32,000 bases of DNA from Promethearchaeota archaeon (GTDB lineage Archaea; Asgardarchaeota; Lokiarchaeia; Sigyniarchaeales; SOKP01), in contig JAUWGH010000001.1 of NCBI GenBank assembly GCA_030606485.1, positions 270,001 through 302,000 on the forward strand, written 5' to 3'. Position 1 is the first letter of the stretch, and the number at the start of each line of letters is the position of its first letter. This document shows positions 27,147-32,000 of the stretch, in pieces. Position numbers and translations under genes: made by a program. The notes under the pieces were generated by a model. The model searched no databases, was not told the DNA's origin, and saw nothing but the letters and a program-made list of their open reading frames with translations.

Positions 27147-27368
27147 AATTAGTTAGAATAATATATCTTTAACGTACAAATCTCAAACAATTTTTACAAA
27201 AATTTTATATTTCATAATAGATTAATAATATTTGTCTTTTTCTAGAAATTTAATCTAACATTTTAATAACTCCTAAAATCAATTAGATCTTTTAGAAAAG
27301 TGTGATTATGAAAGAATGCTTAAATAATAAAATTTATATTATTAATAAAAAGAGAGTAAAAAAAAAAT

Positions 27369-28100
27369 ATGGCAGATAAGGAAAGAGTGGAAGAAGATGA
27401 AGCAGAGACTATCGATTTAGATATGACTATAAAGGAAACTGATATAGATACAACCATTTTCGCTGTTCGCACAACACTCAATCAAGAAAGTAATATTTTG
27501 AAGCAAATTTTTTATCGATTTAAAATACTATCTCCATTACCTGACATAAAAGGAATGCTTGTGACTCCACTTTTACCTGGGTTTATATTCATTGAAGCTA
27601 CTCAAAAAACAGAGGTTCAAAGAGCCATTCAAGGTATTCAACATATAAAAGGAAGAATCGTGGGACAGATCAAATTAAAGGAAATAAATCATGTGCTAGT
27701 ACCTCGTTCTGTCACTGAATATCTCGAGGAAGGTGATAAAGTAGAAATTATCAGTGGTGTTTTTACAGGTCGTCGTGCTGTTATTATGCGAATGCCTCAT
27801 GACACTTCAGCAAGTGAAGAAGTTGTTGTTAGACTGCTTCAAGAAGAATCTGATATAACGATAAAAATACATGGTGATTATTTAAAATTAGTTGAGAAAG
27901 CTAAGAGAGTGAAAGAACCAATTCCACAAATTAAAGCAGAATTGGAACCTACAACTGATTTAGAAAAAACTATCTCTTTTGAGGATGAATATGAACTGGA
28001 GGAAATTGGTATAACCAAAGTAGCTGAAGTGACTGAAAAAAGTGAAGACTGGGAAGAAGAAGAGGAAGAAGAAGATGAATGGTCAAAATTCGAATTTTAA
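27369..28100 (+). CDS. spt5: Transcription elongation factor Spt5 (NusG family) with acidic extensions
   Basis: NGN domain (FAVRTTLNQE...LPGFIFIEA) plus KOW (EGDKVEIISGVFTGRRAVI), with acidic N- and C-terminal tails. Confidence 0.92.
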   Translation: MADKERVEEDEAETIDLDMTIKETDIDTTIFAVRTTLNQESNILKQIFYRFKILSPLPDIKGMLVTPLLPGFIFIEATQKTEVQRAIQGIQHIKGRIVGQIKLKEINHVLVPRSVTEYLEEGDKVEIISGVFTGRRAVIMRMPHDTSASEEVVVRLLQEESDITIKIHGDYLKLVEKAKRVKEPIPQIKAELEPTTDLEKTISFEDEYELEEIGITKVAEVTEKSEDWEEEEEEEDEWSKFEF

Positions 28101-28156
28101 CATAGGAGTAAAATTTAAAATAATCAAAATCATGATAATATTCTTGGTGAAATAAT

Positions 28157-28897
28157 ATAATAAAAACTATTTTCATTTTAAGATCTAGTGGAGAATTGAT
28201 ATATTACAAGATATATGAAGATATTTTTAACCTTAAACTCACTAGTAGCTTTCTTTCAGCAATCTACGCCTTTTTGAAGCATAGTCTAAAAACTATAGAT
28301 CTTAACCAAATAGAAATGGGAAATTATCGATTTATTTTTGAAATTGAAAAAACTGAGAATATGGAACTCTTATTTGTGATTTTAGCTGAGAGGAGTGATA
28401 ATTTATTACAACTCAGGGCAAATTTACTCTCGATTAAAAAAAAATTTATTCAGCAATTTTATGATCAATTAATTGATTTTAATGGCGATATAACAGATTT
28501 TTTTGCTTTTGAATCCATAGTAAAGGAAATAATGGAAAATAGCAAAAAGATTCTTGATGATTTAGCTTTTCATAAAATTGAACAAATTTTTAAAGATCTA
28601 CAAAAATTCTCGTCATTTGTAATCGATTGTGCCCTTTTAACTCAGAACGGTGGAATTATAAAATCTTCGCTTGAAAAAAAGATATTCTCTGAGATAATAA
28701 GAATGCTTGAAGCAAGGCACATTACGGGAAAAGATGAACTTAATGAACTAATTACTCTGGAGGATTTTGGAATTTTATCTATAAATGCTGTAAATAGGCA
28801 AATGATTAGTGTAATTCAATTCAAGAGAGAGTGTCCATTTGAAACAGCACTTATAATCTCGAAAAAATTTTCGAAAAGAATCCAAATGTCCCTTTAA
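28157..28897 (+). CDS. Longin plus roadblock/LC7-like fusion protein
   Basis: IIKTIFILRSSGELIYYK...LTSSFLSAIYAF...IEMGNYRFIF...LLFVIL...F.G....F (longin), then CALLTQNGGIIKSS...(roadblock-like). The first longin strand lies upstream of the track's TTG 28196. Confidence 0.75.
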   Translation: MIKTIFILRSSGELIYYKIYEDIFNLKLTSSFLSAIYAFLKHSLKTIDLNQIEMGNYRFIFEIEKTENMELLFVILAERSDNLLQLRANLLSIKKKFIQQFYDQLIDFNGDITDFFAFESIVKEIMENSKKILDDLAFHKIEQIFKDLQKFSSFVIDCALLTQNGGIIKSSLEKKIFSEIIRMLEARHITGKDELNELITLEDFGILSINAVNRQMISVIQFKRECPFETALIISKKFSKRIQMSL

Positions 28898-28946
28898 AAA
28901 TACTTTTTTTAAAATTATTAAATTTAAAACCGTAAGGTGAAATAAT

Positions 28947-30200
28947 ATGGTTGAATTAAATTTTCTTGGTGTCTTTAAAAAAACCACCTTTAATAATGAG
29001 GAACCTCCGCTATTTGAATTGCGGGATTTAACCATCTTTAAATATCCTCAAAAAATTAATTATCATAAAATCATAAAAGAATTTGACATATCTCCTTATT
29101 TCATAGAAGAAAAAACTCCCAAAGATATAACAGATAAAAAAAAAGAAGAAAAAACAACAGATGCTGCAATTAATAAAATTGAAAAATTTTTGAAATTTGA
29201 TTTTAATCAGGATAAAACCACTGATGAAAAGATTAATGAAATAGAAGCGGAAAAAAGTATAATTGATTTTCAATATCAAAATCAATTAGAATATCCTGGC
29301 TTAAAGCTTATTTTCACATACATCTTTGGAACTTCCTTCTTTATTGTTTTAATTTCTAATTTTATAGATGATAACATTAAAGATAGACTGAAAAAATGTC
29401 TTACAGAAATCGAATCAAAATATTCGCCAAAATCTACGGAAAGCCTCGAAAGGAATGACATTTTTGATCATTTTCTAAACATATTTCTTGAATATTTTGC
29501 TGAACGAGTTATTTTAAATTTCTTAGTTCCCGATCTTACTTCAGAATTAGCATTTTATGAAAATAAAAATAAAGAAATTAGTGAATTAATAGAATCTGCA
29601 ACAAGTGAAGAAGAGATTAATCTTATTTCCAATATAACGGGATTAGAAAGTGTAGAAAGTATTGTAACAAAACATTCCTTAGAGTTATCAGTATTTAAAA
29701 AACAAATATTCAAATTATGGATTGCAAATAAAATCTATCTAAGATTTAATCCTCTTAAATCAGATGATTTCCTCATTACTAGTAGAGGGAAAGAGTATCT
29801 CGTAGCCGGCAGAAAAAATGAACAAGCGTTAACTGAAGAGTTTAAGGATAAAAAGATAATTGGTTTATTAACTAGGTTTGATAAACCAAATTCATTACAA
29901 AAAATTTTGGCAAAATCGAATTTAAACGAGTACTCAGCTCGTCTATATATGAGATTTCTTATAAATAAAAACCTGGTGGATTGGGTGGAATATTGCCCAA
30001 AAATTGAGCCAGTTACCGAAGAAGAAATTCCATTACTATTAATGAAAGGATTTGAAGAAGAAGACTTGGACTTTTTGCACCATCTAGAAAAACATTTTGA
30101 TGGGAACTGCTCTCTGCATTACTTATCTTCTCTAACTGAACAAAGTCCCCAGAAAATAAAGCAACTACTCAATCTATTAGAAAAAAAGATTAAACATTAA
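28947..30200 (+). CDS. Longin-like domain plus three winged-helix repeats (NPRL2-like architecture)
   Basis: Longin-like segment LKLIFTYIFGTSFFIVLIS...RLKKCLTEIESKY, then three repeats at aa ~226-265, ~306-346 and ~380-417. Confidence 0.6.
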   Translation: MVELNFLGVFKKTTFNNEEPPLFELRDLTIFKYPQKINYHKIIKEFDISPYFIEEKTPKDITDKKKEEKTTDAAINKIEKFLKFDFNQDKTTDEKINEIEAEKSIIDFQYQNQLEYPGLKLIFTYIFGTSFFIVLISNFIDDNIKDRLKKCLTEIESKYSPKSTESLERNDIFDHFLNIFLEYFAERVILNFLVPDLTSELAFYENKNKEISELIESATSEEEINLISNITGLESVESIVTKHSLELSVFKKQIFKLWIANKIYLRFNPLKSDDFLITSRGKEYLVAGRKNEQALTEEFKDKKIIGLLTRFDKPNSLQKILAKSNLNEYSARLYMRFLINKNLVDWVEYCPKIEPVTEEEIPLLLMKGFEEEDLDFLHHLEKHFDGNCSLHYLSSLTEQSPQKIKQLLNLLEKKIKH

Positions 30201-30512
30201 TTACTATTACAAAAATCAATAATCATTTCTATTAATTGACGATTAATTTCTTTTTTTAACAAAAAATGGTTTTAATGAAAAAAAATTTAGAAAAATTATA
30301 AATTTTAAAAGATAAATTTGATGTTAATTGCTATTTGAAATGTTTTTTTTCCATAATTGAAAATAATTCTCAGAGACTAAAGTAATTCCTCTATATTTCT
30401 GAGAAAAACATTATATATTAATTACAATTACAAAAAATGAATATAAATTTTATAAAATTCAATTCTAACAATATAAAAAATTAAAGAGATAATTAAAAGA
30501 GTGATAATAAAA

Positions 30513-31796
30513 ATGGTAAGATATCAAGACAAGGCAATAAACGATGAAATACTAGAAAAATTATCATTAAAAAATCGATATGCTTTTTTAAATAACAATC
30601 TAACGGCAATTTTAAAACCAGAACAATTTAATTGGTTAAGAACCGTTCAAAAATTTTGCATGAGATTTGAAAAAAAAAATAACATCCAACATTCCCTAGA
30701 TGAGGATTTTTATGAATGGATACCTGAATTCGGTAAAGCAGGATTTGTAACTCGCGCTTATAAATTTGAAGAAATTGATCTTAATTATGAGTATTATGGA
30801 TTAACTGCTGATATGTTAAGAGCAATAGCCATCGATATGTTTGATACTCAATTCGATATGGCTTTAGGAGCTACAATATTAGCAATAAATCCAATCAAAG
30901 CTCATCACGAAGGAAGGCCAGAATGTTTGAAAGCGCTCAAAGAACTAGTCACAGGTGAATCTCCAGGCGCAATATTGATAACAGAACCCGAAAGAGGTTC
31001 TGATGCTGTGCATATGTTAACTGAATGCACGCAGAATGAAGATGGCAGTTTTACTCTTAATGGTGAAAAAATCTACAATAGTAACGCTCCAAAATCAAAG
31101 TGGGTCGTTGGCTACGCATGCGCAGAAAAAGATAATGGAAGGACAATGGCACAGTTCTTAATCAACACAAATTGGGAAGGATTTAATGTCAAACGAGTTT
31201 TTATTCCTTGGGTTCCTAAAATATGGCTTGGCCATGAGCACTTCGTAAATTTAAGAGTTCCTCCGGAATATGTCCTTGGAGGGATAGGTCAGGGTAGAGA
31301 TCATCTTTTTGATGGATTAACTCCTGAAAGGATAATGATTGCAATGGGTAATATCGGCCAAGCATGGGGCGCACTCTCAATTGCATTTCTCTTCATTAAC
31401 ATGAGAAAGCAATTTAAACAAGAAGTCTTAAAGTTTCAAGGAGTTGGTTTCACATTTGCCGATTATTGGGCAAGGTGCTCGAACTTGACCCTCGGGCTAT
31501 TGAAATTTTGTGAAGAATATGATGCAAAAATGGTGAAATTTGGCGGCGAAATACCAAGAAACATTTCACAAGCTATTGTTGCTTCTGCCAGTCACCTTAA
31601 ACTGGAAGCATCAAGGCTATCCGAACGCTGTTGTTATGAAATGGCGAATCTTATGGGTGGTGCAGGAGTGAACGATAATACAATGATGCAGGATCTCTTG
31701 GGACTTTCAAGAATACAGGAGATTGTCGGAGGAACCCGTCAGATACAACAATACATCATTTCTATGGCTACTCGTCAATTATATAAAATGATATAA
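30513..31796 (+). CDS. Acyl-CoA dehydrogenase
   Basis: ILITEPERGSDA, LNGEKIYNSNA, ERIMIA, RKQFKQ, MGGAG and IVGGTRQIQ. ATG 30513 lies 7 nt after AGTGAT (track start is GTG 30501). Confidence 0.93.
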   Translation: MVRYQDKAINDEILEKLSLKNRYAFLNNNLTAILKPEQFNWLRTVQKFCMRFEKKNNIQHSLDEDFYEWIPEFGKAGFVTRAYKFEEIDLNYEYYGLTADMLRAIAIDMFDTQFDMALGATILAINPIKAHHEGRPECLKALKELVTGESPGAILITEPERGSDAVHMLTECTQNEDGSFTLNGEKIYNSNAPKSKWVVGYACAEKDNGRTMAQFLINTNWEGFNVKRVFIPWVPKIWLGHEHFVNLRVPPEYVLGGIGQGRDHLFDGLTPERIMIAMGNIGQAWGALSIAFLFINMRKQFKQEVLKFQGVGFTFADYWARCSNLTLGLLKFCEEYDAKMVKFGGEIPRNISQAIVASASHLKLEASRLSERCCYEMANLMGGAGVNDNTMMQDLLGLSRIQEIVGGTRQIQQYIISMATRQLYKMI

Positions 31797-31828
31797 AGGC
31801 CTGGAGACTCTCCTCTATATAAAGAATC

Positions 31829-31871
31829 TTTTAAATATTTTTAATATTTTTTAATATTTTTATTTTTTTTT
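31829..31871 (+). repeat. Short T-rich tandem repeat (TTAATATTTT-like units), probable terminator
   Basis: About three imperfect units followed by a long T run, downstream of the acyl-CoA dehydrogenase stop. Confidence 0.4.
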
Positions 31872-31873
31872 AA

Positions 31874-31918
31874 TATGTCTTGTCTATGGCAACACGTCAA
31901 TTATGGAAGAGGATATAA
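31874..31918 (+). pseudogene. Diverged copy of the acyl-CoA dehydrogenase gene 3' end
   Basis: YVLSMATRQLWKRI* versus YIISMATRQLYKMI*; 35/45 nt identical to 31752-31796, same stop position. Confidence 0.8.
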
Positions 31919-32000
31919 AAATTACGTATCTCGTCAGTTATTAAACGATCAACTGACAATTAAAACCTTTTTCTAACAATAAATGGTCTTAATTAAAAAA

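Noticed and set aside
758-29285. Other short overlapping or antisense track ORFs (e.g. 870-1229, 5843-6097, 9298-9612, 12708-13025, 21784-22200, 23950-24162, 27970-28176, 29028-29285)
   Set aside because: They are fully or largely nested in well-supported genes and have no recognisable motifs.
31928-31945. TCTCGTCAGTTATTAAAC as a third copy of the acyl-CoA dehydrogenase tail, and a 33-codon ORF starting at 31875
   Set aside because: The match is too short to exclude chance. The small ORF is an alternative frame over the relic with no supporting signal.
1-32000. tRNA genes, CRISPR arrays, transposases and integrases
   Set aside because: None seen. Intergenic regions lack cloverleaf or T-loop signatures and regularly spaced repeats, and no ORF shows DDE or tyrosine-recombinase motifs. 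This was a visual scan only.

Overview
AT-rich archaeal chromosome segment, most likely an Asgard archaeon of the Lokiarchaeia type. This rests on an eL22 ribosomal protein, a Rab-like GTPase, longin/roadblock proteins and archaeal eIF2-gamma, eIF1A, Spt5 and TFS. The window holds about 33 protein genes, including uvrC, ribose-1,5-bisphosphate isomerase with form III RuBisCO, a GH29 fucosidase, a C25 protease, glutamate dehydrogenase and acyl-CoA dehydrogenase. Main discovery: a stand-alone, circularly permuted 5S rRNA gene on the minus strand (22935-23053). Its 3' half comes before its 5' half and the two are joined by a UUCG loop that caps helix I. The flanks form a bulge-helix-bulge-like splice motif whose predicted cut and ligation regenerates the canonical CCGAACUCAGAA|GUUAAAC junction as a 119-nt circle. 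Second pattern: three diverged copies of gene 3' ends (rbcL, a membrane protein gene, acyl-CoA dehydrogenase) lie downstream of the intact genes, two of them on the far side of compositionally atypical cargo genes, with no integrase in view. Also noted: probable ATA start codons, an NPRL2-like longin plus triple winged-helix protein beside a longin-roadblock fusion, and an eIF2-gamma with an N-terminal zinc-finger-like extension. All calls come from reading the sequence by eye; no searches or folding programs were run.
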